A stretch of 64,000 nt of DNA, from assembly GCA_964016885.1 (NCBI GenBank), contig OZ024741.1:158472001-158536000 (forward strand), read 5' to 3'. Made by a program: the position numbers and the translations under genes. The notes under the pieces are model-generated. The model ran no database searches and was not told the DNA's origin. It saw only the letters and a program-made list of their open reading frames with translations. Below, piece after piece: positions 11,666 through 24,302 of the stretch (position 1 is the first letter of the stretch; each line of letters starts with the position of its first letter). Source of the DNA: Eledone cirrhosa. Taxonomy: Eukaryota.

Positions 11666-12927
11666 TATGGGTTAATGTCGGAGGTAATATGTCGGACCCT
11701 ATCTCAGTAAAAAATGGAGTGAATCAGGGGATGTTCCAGCACCGACCCTGTTTGCCATATACTTTGCAATGGTTTTCTATATTGCATTCAGGAATTGCGA
11801 GCATGATGTTTACATCCGATATCGAACCTCAGGCAGCATATTTAACATCAGGCGCTTTGCTGCAAAAACAAAAGTATTTACATCAACCATAAGAGACCTC
11901 TTGTATGCAGATGATTGCGATCTTGTAGCGTACACAGAGAGTGATATGCAGCACATTTTGAATGTATTTTCTGATGCTTGCACTGCCCTAGGATTGACTG
12001 TCAGTCTCAAGAAAACCGTCGTAATGTACCAACCTGCCCCTGGTAAGCAGTACAGTGAACCAAATATCTATGTGTATGGTAAACGACTTGGAGCGGTTGA
12101 TCAGTTTGTCTACCTGGGAAGCACTGTCAATCGATACAGCAACCTTGATAATGAAATCCCACTCAGGATTAGGAAAGCAAGTGATGCTTTCGGAAAGCTA
12201 GAAAGGCGACTCTGGGGTCGGCGAGACATATGCAAGAAGACAAAGGTAAAGGTGTACAAGGCATGTGTGCTCTCTTCTCTTCTTTATGCCTGCGAGACCT
12301 GGGTCACATATCGACACCACCTTAAGCAATTGGAGCGTTTCCATCAGATGTGTCTCAGACGGATCCATGGCGTTCACTGGAGGGACCACATCAGTGATGT
12401 CGAGATTTTGGAAAGCTCTATGTGTGACAGTATAGAAGCTCTTGTGCTTAAGCAACGTCTCCGTTGGAGTGGTCACCTTGCCAGGATGAAAGATTCTAGA
12501 ATACCAAAACAACTCTTTTATGGAGAGTTAGTTAAAGGAAAACGACCGCCACATAAACCAAAAAAGAGGTATAAGAATTCCTTGAAAGCCTCTTTGAAAG
12601 ACGCTAACATCTCTGCTGATACATGGGAAAATGTTGCTGCTGATCGTAATAAATGGAGAAAGAATGTATATGAAGGAAAAGTTACCTTTGAGGCATCTCG
12701 AATCGCATACGAGAAAGTAAAGCGGGATGTGAGGAAGGGCATTGCTGTTGCACTTCCAGACGGCGAGGGTCCTCCTATGGTGCTGACATGCAGCGTCTGT
12801 GCGAGACTCAGCCTAAGCAAAGCTGGACACGAAAGTCATCTTTGCAGTCATAAAGTAAGACCAGTGGTTGACTACCAGGCTGCTGTTGGAGATGCTACTC
12901 ATCATGCTTGCCAAGCATGTGGTAGAG
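11666..12927 (+). mobile_element. RTE LINE reverse transcriptase, C-terminal half (5'-truncated, split by a hAT insertion)
   Basis: ORF 11769-13001: DLLYADDCDL, FVYLGS, LLYACETW, RLRWSGHLARM; the last ~24 aa of the ORF are hAT-derived. Confidence 0.95.
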
Positions 12928-13398
12928 TAAAGGTTCTCAACGGGGGGCATATGAACCCCCGGGGGTGGGGGTGGGGGCGTTTGGAGCTGGAGGGGGGATA
13001 AGGGGGCGCTGGAAGGCTCTTTACTTTGGTAAGTTTATAAGCCATATTTGTATATCTTTGAGACAGCCAGTGTGAATGCATTTGAATGAGCTTGCAGACA
13101 GCATAACTATAGTCTGACCGCAGCTGTGAGCAGGTGTGCAGGTGTGTCCGGTAATTGAGACATTAACCGATAATTGAGATCCTAAAAATGGAAAAACCCA
13201 CAGTCAACTGGGTCAAGGACACTTTGAGTGCAGCCAGTTAGAATCTTATCTTTCCTTCACCGATAACAATGTATTTCATGTCTGAAATTATTGACTCAAC
13301 CGTAACGAGTTAACTAACACTATGTAGATCTATTTTATTCCCTATTGTATAAATAATATTACAAATAAAAAAAAGAAAAGAAAAAACAGAAGCGGGTA

Positions 13399-13510
13399 GC
13401 ACACACATCTAGGATCACATGCAACACATAAGCAGGTAATACACACATCTAGGACCACATGCAACACATAAGCAGGCAATACATACATCTAGGACCACAT
13501 ACAACACACA
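13399..13510. repeat. 40-bp tandem repeat, about 2.8 copies, inside the hAT
   Basis: acacacatctaggaYcacatgcaacacataagcaggYaat at 13401, 13441, 13481. Confidence 0.9.
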
Positions 13511-14574
13511 TTGTATCATGTGCTACGGACGATGCAAGAGCAATGGTTGGCCAACATAAGGGCTTCGTCACTCTTCTGAAGAGAGAAAATCTATAGGTAT
13601 TTGCTGTTCATTGTGTCATTCATCGACAACACTTGGCTGCGAAGAAACTCAGCAAGCCGCTGAGCAAGTCCTTGCAGGTGGCCATTGATGTCATCAATTT
13701 TATCAAACGGCATTCCCTCAATGAACGAATTTTCCGGCAACTGTGCCAAGATAATGACAAAGAATTTGTCAAGCTGCTCCTTCATACTGAAGTGAGGTGG
13801 CTTTCAAAGGGCAAGTGCTTTACTCACTTCTTTGAACTCTTCGACTCGATCATTGAGTTTCTGCGAGGATGCAACACAGAACTGTACAAGAAAACCCTAG
13901 ATGTGAGGCAAGATTGCGCCTACCTCACCGACATCTTCGAGAAATGCAATAGCGTCATTATGGCTTTGCAGGGGAAGAAGATCACCTTGCTTAAAGCAAG
14001 GAATGCTGTGAAAATATTCCTGGCCAAATTGAATGTCATCGAAAGGAATCTTTGTTGACGGGAATTCTATAATTTTCCTAGTGTCGCCAATGTTCAAAAC
14101 ATTGTTAGCGATGACCAACTCCAAATGTATACCTCTCACCTCCGTGCGCTACAAGACAACATGAGAGAACGGTTTGTCGACCTTTTGCCGATGGACATCC
14201 CAATGTAGATAGCAGATCCTTTCATAGCTAACGTCGACGATTTGGACGTTAAATTTCAGGAAGAATTCATTGAACTTCAAGCAGATGACATGATCAAAAT
14301 TAGATTTCCCAAAATAGATGAACCCCTTTTTGGAATGCAAGAGGAAATTCAGCGTTGATTTCCACACTTACATGCAGAGGCTAAGAGATTTGCTCTGCCT
14401 TTTCCAAGCTCATACTTAGTCGAGAGGAGGTTTGGTGTCGTTTCCAGATTGCACAGTAAGGCTCGCAACCGCTACAATGTAATTACACGTGGAGATCTCT
14501 GGCTACATCTTAGGAAAATTCAGCCTCACGTCAAAGAGTTAGCTAGACTCCATGAAGCTCAAGGGTCCCATTGA
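13510..14574 (+). pseudogene. Disrupted hAT/Buster transposase (ZBED5/SCAND3-like)
   Basis: VHCVIHRQHLAAK, LLLHTEVRWLSKGK, AYLTDIF and dimerisation motif LPFPSSYLVER; stops and frameshifts. Confidence 0.9.
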
Positions 14575-15237
14575 AATGAGTCAAAGTTAAAGTAAGTTGA
14601 TTTATCCGAAAACTTGGATATGCTATTGTTACAAAGCAAACTAACAATTTTTTTATTTGTAGTTGCAGTCTGACTGGACTGGAAACCATCTACTACAATT
14701 CAATTACTCATTTGTTGTATATATTTTACCATTTATTAATAAATATACCCTCCCGCGTGGTCATGAAAACCCTCTTCCGTGGTCTCTAAGCTCACAAAGC
14801 AGAGGGGACATCAAGTTAGATATCAACATTTATTCTGTCCGTTTCATTAAAGGGAAAATTGGAAAGCTTTGAAATGATATAATTGCCACTTTCTTCCAGA
14901 TAAGAGCACTCTTGGAATAGACAGAGTTGTTCTTGTATAAATGTTCAAAATAGTTGGTATCGCCTGGTGGGAATATAACAAATTCAACTGGTCCTTATTC
15001 ATAAAAAAGAACATTTATGTTCCTTTTTTTGAAATTTATATATTTCCTTTCAAGGAATGTATTTATACTCTCAGCTGCCTGCGATGGTATCTTTGGAATA
15101 TTGTTAATCAATTTTTTAGTAATCTACTGATATCAAAATCAGTAGTATATTGAAAAATGGAAAAATAGGGTAAGGGGCATTTTGTGATTTCAAGGGACAA
15201 AAGGGGGCGTTTGGCCTAAATGGGTTGAGAACCTGTG

Positions 15238-15409
15238 TGGTAGAGAATGTAAATCAGCAGGAGGGCTCAAACGACATGCAAAAGTACATGAACTCCAACC
15301 ACAGCCGGCTATTCCCAGTGAATGTTTTGGTTGCCGACTCTGGGCAAGACATTTTAGATCATTGGCTGGGCTAAAAAGCCACATTCGATCGCAGCGCTGT
15401 TATTTGCTA

Positions 15410-15444
<35 letters not shown>

Positions 15445-15612
15445 GACATGTTTATGTGTGTGCGTGTGTATGTATATATATATGTATATTATTATTGTTG
15501 TTGTTGTCGTTATTATTATTGTTGTTATTATTATTATTATTGTTATTATTGTTTTTTTGTTTTTTTCTCGTGCAATGGCCATACTCGATAACGAGGGGGC
15601 AGCCATCATGTA
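15238..15612 (+). mobile_element. 3' continuation of the RTE LINE (zinc fingers and 3' end)
   Basis: Removing the hAT restores CQACGRECKSAGGLKRHAKVH; ends ggccatactcgataacgagggggcagccatcatgtatg. Confidence 0.9.
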
Positions 15613-15614
15613 TG

Positions 15615-16120
15615 TAGTACTTCTTGGGAATGGTCGGGTCGTTGGCGATTAAACCGGCACCCCACTAAACCTGCTTGGCAAGGAGGGTGATTTTGGAAAC
15701 CCTGCAGGATAAAAAACAAAACCCATCAAAGGGCGGAGGAACTCAGGAGAGTCAACGGTCATCTAATAAAGTTTTTTTTTTGTGGAGTGAGAGTCTCCTA
15801 GTCTTCATTAAGACACCTCTCTAGGATAAGGTCACTCTGGTATAAAACCAGCGACTTCGTTTGCATCCAATGATGTAGACCAGTTCTTCTTTTGGGGTAA
15901 ATGCATTCGATGTTCAGAGAGTGGTATTGGCTCCTCTGCAAAGCCTTTCCTCACTTAAAAAAGATCAAGCACAGGCACCGCTTGATATGTGACATTTTTT
16001 GCGATGCTTGGTATTGCTGGCCATAGGCAAGACCCTAGCAGCGCTAAAAAGCTACGTCCGTGATGCTCATGCTTAAGTGCCAAGCGATGGCATTACTCGA
16101 AATCGAGTTGCAGCCATCAT
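15615..16120 (+). mobile_element. Non-autonomous RTE-tailed retroposon (family B, near full length)
   Basis: Closely matches the reverse complement of 58262-58705. Confidence 0.8.
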
Positions 16121-16124
16121 CATC

Positions 16125-16515
16125 TTGTATGATACTTCGATATCTTTTGTTGGTTCTGTTGATAGGAAACATGAAGATTGGTTTGATGAAAATGAGGAAG
16201 CGATTCAAATAATGTACTAGCAGAAAGCCCTACCTTTGTGAAAGTGGAATTGTCTGTAAAACAACTCAATAATGAAAAATCACCAGGGAGGGTGCTATTT
16301 GTGCTGATGTGCAGAAGTGTAGAAGTCTAAAAATTCTTCGATTTCTAACATACGTAAGGTTAGGGAGGGAGAAAGCGTTCCCCATGACTGGAAAAATGCA
16401 TTGATGGTGGTGCTTTATAAAAGAAACGGTGCAAAGGATAATTGTAGTAATTATCATGGGATAGTCCTCCTGCCAGTTCTGGGAAAAGTCTTGTGTAAGA
16501 TCATGCTGTACAGTT
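16125..16515 (+). mobile_element. Degenerate RTE LINE internal fragment
   Basis: RKHEDWFDENEEAI and DWKNALMVVLYKRNGAKDNCSNYHGIVLLPVLGKVLCKI (RT N-terminal motifs). Confidence 0.8.
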
Positions 16516-18871
16516 GCCAATTGCTAAGGATTGCACCCTCTGGTCCATCTATGAGGATTCGAGATACGCAACCGTTGTGTTTCTATCCCACGCCTCTCAG
16601 GACAGGTCGCAGCCCCATGGCCAGTTCTTTCAGGCCTGGATGGAGACTGGAATACATTTTCTCGAACAGGTCTTTCTACCTGATCGGGTCTCTTGTTACC
16701 CCACGCGAATAACGATGCAGTATGAATGCTATATTTCATTTAAACATATTGCAGTGTTTTGGTCGTCTTATTCACTCCAGTTATCAATTTGGTACTTTTC
16801 TCAGATCCGCGAAGTCTAGGCTGTTTTTGGGGTTTTTTTTTAGAAGTGGCCTTTACTTATCTCGTTGTCGCTACATCATTGGGTTGTGAGCGTTTTCTTG
16901 GGAGCTGTGTCACCCATTGCTCCATCTCTCCTAGTAGTTTACCTCTGTTGTTCCGCGGTTGCTTATTCGTCTGGCAGGAGCCTGCTTATATCGTCACAAA
17001 CCATCATATTTGGTGGCCGTATCGCTTTCCACCAACAGCTCTGCAGAGTATATATATATAGTATATATATATATATATACACAGATAAATCTACCAATCA
17101 ATGGTAGGGTCTAAACCGTATGAAGAACTCAATGTAATCCGTATGTATATGTCGTGAAGCAAAGTTTAAAATACAAAATTTTCAACGATATAATTCATTG
17201 GATACAGAGTCAAAAATAGAAATATTAAAACAATGAAATTAAACAAAAATGGTTAATTCATAGTAAAACTCATTATTTTACGATCGTTTCTGGAGGGTAG
17301 TTCCCCGTATGTCCATTCTATTATAGATCTATGTAAAATATATTATATATATATATATATACACATATATACATACATACATACATACATTACATATATA
17401 CATACATATATATACATACATTACATATATACATACTTACACACAAACACACACACATACATACACAAGATTCTGTATGCGTCTATATGAATATATGTGT
17501 GACTATATTTACCAAAGCTGGCTACAAACACACAAAGCCCCAACCCCGTCAGCTAACCCCAACAAATAATCTGTCTAAGTTGGTTTATCGTCTTCGGGTA
17601 GTTTATGCCTAGACTTAATTCCTCTTGGGAATTCAAGACTTACATTTGGAAATCTTTAACAGTTTTGTTAAACTATTAGCATAAAAAAAACTATTAACAT
17701 AAAAAATAGTAAGAATTAAAAGAACATGAGACAGAAATCTCAAAAATGTAGATTTTCAGAAATTTAACCTAATTCCAAAACTTAGGCCTTTGACATCTTG
17801 TCCGCGTGGTAGGCTGACATATAATAAATGCTTTTTTTTTAAATTTGAGATGTATGCGCTATGACTCAAATGACCAAAATAACAGTCGATCTCTATAAAT
17901 AATAGTTGAGAGAGTCGGGTAAAGTACTCCAAGATGGTGGGAAAAAGAGGGAGCTACGGCGATTTACATCAGTTATAATACTAATCTGTAATAGAGCTGA
18001 TAGGTTGCTATTTTTGTTTCATTAAAATGAGTACTCAGATGATAAGTGGGATATGTACAATGGTACAAAATGTAGGCCTAACATGTTCATGTTGAAAATG
18101 ATTTTTGGCAACGGCTTCAAATCACATACATTTTTATCAGTTAGTCTTGAGCACAACGCATATTTATTTATTTTCGTTGTTGAGAAAAATGCTCATAAAC
18201 GTATTCGCCTCCAAATATGGCCAGAGTTTGCAAAGATGAGGCAAACACTAACCTCTACATACTTTTGCATATTTAAATTTCTGTATATTTAACAAGCCGC
18301 TCTTAAACATTTTTGGGGATTTTCTATTTGTGTGTGTGTTTGTCATTTCAAGTACACCTTCCCCATGACAAAACTATTTCTTCTTACGGTATGAAACCAA
18401 ACAAATTTCCTCATGTTCGGTTATGAGTCTTAGTTATCTGTCATCTCAAGTACACTCTCCACGCCCATATGGGTTGTCAAATCTACACCTTCCTAAGTTA
18501 AGAAACAAAACAACTTCCTCGTGTTCTGTTGTGTGAGTTAGTTTTCTATAATATCAGTCATCCCTCCTCCGCAACACGTCTTTGAAACAAGCCGGTGTAG
18601 ACTTCACTATCGTTTTAGAATGTTTTTTTAATGTATATAAAATTGGAGACATATTTCTATTTTTTAAACTTTGATCTTGAAGTGAAAGCGACTAAAATAT
18701 TAAAGTACATTCTACGCTTCTCTAGAGAGAAACACGGTCACACCCTGGCTGACCTTAAAATTGATTGTCTATTTGCATTAAGTGCGCAGGCCAAGCTTAA
18801 TACTGCTGCTGTTGCTGCTACTGCAAGTGTATGGAAGACGTGAGGTAAAAATTTCTAAGTTTTAGGAAAAT

Positions 18872-19052
18872 AATTGTTTCTACTTTTGGCACAAGGCCAA
18901 CAATTACTCAGTGTATTACTGGTACTTTATTTTATCGACCCCGTAAGGATGAAAGGCAAAGTTAACCTCGGCGAGATTTGAACTCAGAATGGAAAGGGCT
19001 GTAACTCTTTGCGTCAAAGCATGGCGTCCGACCCTCTACCGATACTGCCAAT
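18872..19052 (-). mobile_element. SINE family A
   Basis: Reverse complement of the 727-908 consensus, including B-box gatttgaactc. Confidence 0.85.
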
Positions 19053-19114
19053 CGAAAATAATAGTTATGAAAATTGTTCTGCCGCGGGCCGCATGTTTGA
19101 GAGCCCTGGTATAG

Positions 19115-21625
19115 GGAGAGCAAGGTTGGAACACGTCTACATCTTCTGATATGTTCTTTTGATATACCCATCTGCACGAGTGCCACAGAACGGTCAAGAC
19201 GACCTAATTGTTTCTGTACCATCCACATAACTCTGCTTGGTACAGTGTCGAAAGACTCTTCGAGATCACAGAAGACAAGCAAGAGAGATTCCCTATTTTC
19301 AGGATGAGGTTGAATAGCATTCTTCTTAAAGACTAGCCACCATTTTGGATGAGCTCCAAAGGGTGTTGTCTTGTCTAAGTGACTTCCGTGGTTTCACTTT
19401 TTTGTAGCATCACTGAATTCACGAAAAGATAGAGGGTTCAATATCCATGGGTGAGGAGGATGCTGATGCTCTGGTCTAAGAAAATCAGCTACAGTGGTGT
19501 TTCTATTTAGGCAAGTATTAAAGTCTTCCTTCCAACAGTCCGGGGGGCTTTGACTGTCAGTGAGAATGTTGGCGTTGTCGTCTGTCTTCAAAAAGCCTGT
19601 TGAAGCTTAGGTTGAGCCATACAGTTCTTCGGTACAGTCATAGAAATTTCTAAGCCCCCCACCTCCGGCGTTTATATATTGTTGATCTCTTTTTTATCCA
19701 CCAGTTATTTAGAATTTCTCTGATCCGAGTTTGACTAATCCACCTGAGGTCTTGAAAGCTATTTATCTTTGTGTTTGAGGTTGGGTCAATTCAAGTGATA
19801 GGCATCTCTTTCAGCATTGATCAATTTGAAGATTTATTTCTTGTTTTCGTCGAATCAATCTTTGTTCCTTTTTGTGAAGCCAATGGTGCACTCAGCTGCT
19901 TCTAGATGTTTCGGATTGTTGCCTAATCTTCATTAGTGTCCTTGGTATTGACGGGGTTGTTTACCAGCTTTTCTTTGATGTATTCTTGGAATCCCTCTGA
20001 TTGGTCTTTAAGTTTCGATGTGTTAAACATTATTCTTGGCCGATATATTAAGTGAACCGGTGGTTTACGACGAACAGAATTTTGAGTCGGCTGATGAGGA
20101 GTTTATGGTCCGTCGAACTATCATCTGCCTTTCTTGGTGCCTTGGTTGTAGTGACGTCTTTATTGAGACATTGACGAGTGATGATGTAGTCAAAGATATA
20201 TTAATGTTTAGAACGTGGGTGCATCCACGTAGTTTTAAAACAGTTTGGAGTCGGAACTGAATGTTAGTAATGAAAAGTTCATGTTCTGCTCAGTGTCTGA
20301 GTAGTAACTGACCGTTTCCGTTGCAGTTTCCGATACCTTGATTTCACATGACGTTTTCCCACAAGATGTAGTTCTTTACGACCCTGTCATTAAAATCATC
20401 AAGCAATACGAGCTTGTCTTTAAGTGGTACTTTGGAGAGACCGGTGTTCAACTTCTGGTAAAATGTGTTCTTAATATCTTCATCGACGTCGAAATTAGGT
20501 TCATAGGTGGAGATGGAAGTGGTGAAGGTGTCCCTAGAGAGTCAGACACGAAGGGTCATTAGTCTTCCTATTGATGGCTGTTGAAGTGAGTTGATAGTCC
20601 TTCACCAGCCTTGTCTTCACAGCAAAACCAACTCCAAGAGGACAATTTTCTACTTTCCTTCCTTTACAAAAATGGTGTAAACTGAACCCGATTCTTCAAT
20701 TTTGTCTTCTCCTGGTCTCATCTCACTCAAGGCAGCAACATCGAAGTTCAGTCTAGCTATTTCTTGAGCCACAAAGTCTATTCTTTATTTTAGGTCGATT
20801 GTCATTTTCTTTTAGATCGAGCAAAGTTCTGATATTTCAAGTTTCGATCGTCATAACAGTAGGGTGTTTTCTTGTCATTTAAACCGCAACTAGGATAACT
20901 CCCTGGATGCAGTTACCCAGCCAGGTTTGAAGAGGCTAAATATGTTTAGCTCATATTTTCTAGGGCTTTCCCCATTTGTGGTAGGCAGTGGTGTTTCTAC
21001 ATAGACCTGCCCAGACACAGATGTAAGACTGAATTCCTGAACAATCTCCGGTATCAGAAAGGCGACCATCACACACCTGCCGCCAATAGGTAGGTCTGGA
21101 CCAAGAGCAGTTTCACCAAAATCTGCTCCCGTCATCTTTTGGACTTTGTATAGGAGGATGAAAGATGAGCAAAGATCAATGAAGAAATGCATGCGGCACA
21201 GTTTTGGTTAGAGTGAATCCCGGTTTGACAGGATGTGACCCACGCACTGTGGTCTCGAAGATGTCCTCTGCGGCACATGTCAAATGAAACTACAACGAAA
21301 TTGCAACGGACTGCCGTCAACCCAGGTGTAGATTGAGTCGCTCCTTCTTAGCCCGTTCATCTAGCAGTTCAACAGTTGAGATAATAGGTATTCATCGGAT
21401 TTTTCTGTCGTTGGGGGTATTTGGCCTATTTTATCAAGGTAGTCCCCTCAAGATCTGCCTAGATCCGTGGGAGTAGGCTTTCCTCACAAAGGTTTTAGCT
21501 GAGACGGTCTTGCTACTAAGTCAGAAATTCAGGTCTTTCTCTGAACATGACTGATTTCCTTGGAATGCGAGGACCAATAACCGAGGAGTGGTTTGATATT
21601 GCGCATCACACAGTGTTGGAGCCCA
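19115..21625 (-). mobile_element. Degenerate RTE LINE 5' half (5' UTR, AP endonuclease, start of RT)
   Basis: Minus-strand FDVAALSE..., GVGFAVKTRL, FCDLEESFDTV; many stops; boundaries approximate. Confidence 0.75.
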
Positions 21626-21784
21626 TATAGATACATGCTTACACACATGCATACAAACTTATTTACATACTCTCAGAAAGATTAAAAGCAGCGTTGACCA
21701 AGTAGGATTTGAACTCAGTATATGAAAAGCCGTAACGTAAAGCATAGTTTTCTGTTTTTACCTAACTACTACTGTTATAGATAG

Positions 21785-21855
<71 letters not shown>

Positions 21856-21994
21856 CCCCTTTTCTCACTATGTAAAACAGCGGTATGACAACCCTTACCA
21901 TCAAATGGAGTATTGTGGCAAAGGTGAAAGCCTACAACGGATGTGGCATGAGATGCCACTTATGTACCACTGTAAAAAAATATACCCTATATAT

Positions 21995-22850
21995 TCTATA
22001 GAGGGTTAGTACGTTACAAGTGCGACGACGTGCTCGGCGAGACTCTGGGCGCCGAAGACGACGAGCTCACCAGTCTTTGGTAGGACTTTCCACCTGGGAC
22101 CCATGGACTACTTCCAGACATCCCTGGCCTGGCAGTGCTACTGAGGAGCTCTACTAGTTCGAGGCAAGATCTACAGGCACGGACGCCTCGACAGGGATCC
22201 TCCCAAGAAGACGTGTCCAAGATGCGAGCAGGACATTGAAACCGTCTTGCATGCAATTGTACACTGCCCGGGCGTAACCGACCTGTGGAGTTACGCAGAA
22301 CAACTGCTGTCACGTAAGGATGAAACCGCCAACTTCTCTCAAAAACGAAAGAGAGGCGGTTTTCCTCTGTATAGTGGCTATGGTAAAAGAGATTATATGG
22401 TGGACGATATTCAGAGCACTGAGGACAGATGCCTTTCTCTCCGGGCAACAACTCATTCCCTTCTTTAGGTACCACTTTAGAAGGAGAATCAGAGTGGAGA
22501 GAGAGGCACTGCACCCCAGTAAATTTACTGAAAGGTGGGTGAATGTAGCAAAAATGGTCCGAGTGATTGGGCCTTCTCTGTATATAAACCAGTAGGTTGA
22601 AGATGAGAGCAAAAGAAGGAAAGGAGCACTTGCACAACACGCTCCTGGAGTTGAGGGTTGTTCTATCTACGGGGTATTAAATATCCCATTTGTAACGCCT
22701 CCCCCCTATTGGGGATTTCGATTGTTAAATTTGTTTGTTTTAATAATATTTTTACACGACTGTATATGTAAAATCCCCGGCACGTGTCTTTGTATTGTCC
22801 CCTTTTCTTGTGCGCCCTTGTGGCAAATAAAGAAATATATCTATCTATCT
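21995..22850 (+). mobile_element. L1/Tx1-like LINE 3' fragment, copy 1
   Basis: CPRCEQDIETVLHAIVHCPGVTDLW (CCHC zf-RVT); AATAAA followed by (ATCT)n tail. Confidence 0.8.
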
Positions 22851-22915
22851 ATTTATTTATATATCTATCTATTTATCTGTCTGTGTGTCTCTTTGTTTGT
22901 CTGTCTATCTATCTA

Positions 22916-23240
22916 ATTGAGAGTGGAGAGAGAAGTGCTACACCCCAGTAAATTTGCTGAAAGGTGGGTGAATGTGGCGAAAATGGCCAGAGGGAAGACG
23001 GGAACACCTACAAAACGTGCTCCTGGTGTTGAGGGTTGTTCTATCTACGGGGGTGTCAAACAACCCCGCAGTAACGTTCCCCCCTATTAGCGATTTCAAG
23101 TGTTTTATTTTATATATAGTTTATTGTGATTCATTATTGTTAAAGATTTATATGTAAAATCCCCGCCGTCACGTCCTGTAATGTCCCATTTTTGTACGCC
23201 TTTATGACAAATAAAGAAAGACATCTATCTAGCTATCTAT
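22916..23240 (+). mobile_element. L1/Tx1-like LINE 3' fragment, copy 2 (short)
   Basis: Same ORF end and 3' UTR, AATAAA and ATCT tail. Confidence 0.75.
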
Positions 23241-23250
23241 CTTTTGCAGC

Positions 23251-24158
23251 CCCGGCGATCAGTGGAGACTCCACTTCGTCATTCTATATAGGGTTGATCC
23301 GCAGAAAGTGCGACGATTTGCTCGGTGAAACTCTAGGCGTAGAGGAAGATGAACTGGCCAGTCTGTTCGGTAGGACCTTCAGCCCGGGACCGATGGACAA
23401 CTTCCCAAAGCCCCTGGCCTAGCAGTGCTACCGAGGAGCTCTACAAGTTCGAGACAAGCTCTACAGACATGGGCGCCCGGGCAGGGACCCTGCAAAAAAG
23501 ATCTGTCCGAGGTGCGTGCGAGACGAAGAAAACGTCGCGCACGCATTCATACACTGCCCGGGCGTCACCGACCTGTGGGGCTATGTAGAACGACTATTGT
23601 CGCGGGTGGGACCAATCCGGTTGACCACCGAGTCCATTGTCATGATCAAACCGCCACGCCCCTTCAAAAACGAAGGAGAGGCAGTTTTCCTTTGTGTGAT
23701 AGCTATGGCGAAAGAGGTTGTATGGTGGACAAGGTTGAAAGGGCTGAGGTCAGATACTTTTCTCTCCGGCCAACAACTGATTCTTTTTTTCAAATACCAC
23801 TTTGGAAGAAGAATCAGGATGGAGAGAGAGGTGCTGTACCCCAGCAAATTTTATGAAAAGTGGGTGAAAGTGGCGAGAATGGCCCGAGTGAATGGGCCTT
23901 CTCTCTATATCAGCCTGTAGGTTGAGGAAAAGGAGGAGGAGAGGAAAGGAGTGCAAACTCTTTGTACTCCTGGAGATGAGGGTTGCACATTTTTTCGGGG
24001 GTATGTGTTACCTATATGAACTGTCTCCCCCTATTGGGGAAAATCGACTAATTTTTAAATTGCATTTGTGATAATATTTTACACGTTTTTATTGTATGTA
24101 AACTTCCCCCTTTGTATTTGTCCCCTTCTTTTGTGCCCCTGTGGCTAATAAAGAAACA
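23251..24158 (+). mobile_element. L1/Tx1-like LINE 3' fragment, copy 3, with 13-bp TSD
   Basis: CPRCVRDEENVAHAFIHCPG; TATCTTTTGCAGC at 23238-23250 and 24159-24171. Confidence 0.85.
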
Positions 24159-24162
24159 TATC

Positions 24163-24302
24163 TTTTGCAGCATAGTTATGGCCCTTTGCGTTCTGAGTTC
24201 AAATCCGCCAAGGTTAACTTTGCCTTTCATCCTTACGAGGTCGATAAAATAAAGTACCAGGGATGAACTGGGGTAATCGCTGGTCTTGTGCCCAAAGTAG
24301 AA
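24163..24302 (+). mobile_element. SINE family A lacking its 5' head
   Basis: B-box GAGTTCAAATCC and central motif present. Confidence 0.8.

Larger units (their letters stand above)
12928..15237 (+). mobile_element. hAT (Buster-type) DNA transposon, internally deleted
   Basis: TIRs taaaggttctcaac / gttgagaacctgtg; 8-bp TSD TGGTAGAG at 12920-12927 and 15238-15245 (nnnTAnnn). Confidence 0.92.

Noticed and set aside
13633-14058. Domesticated ZBED5/SCAND3-like gene
   Set aside because: Lies between TIRs with a TSD and has stops and frameshifts, so it is a transposon remnant
16520-17045. Additional minus-strand LINE 3' end
   Set aside because: Only a faint GGKR..GHQ..W resemblance; too degraded to call
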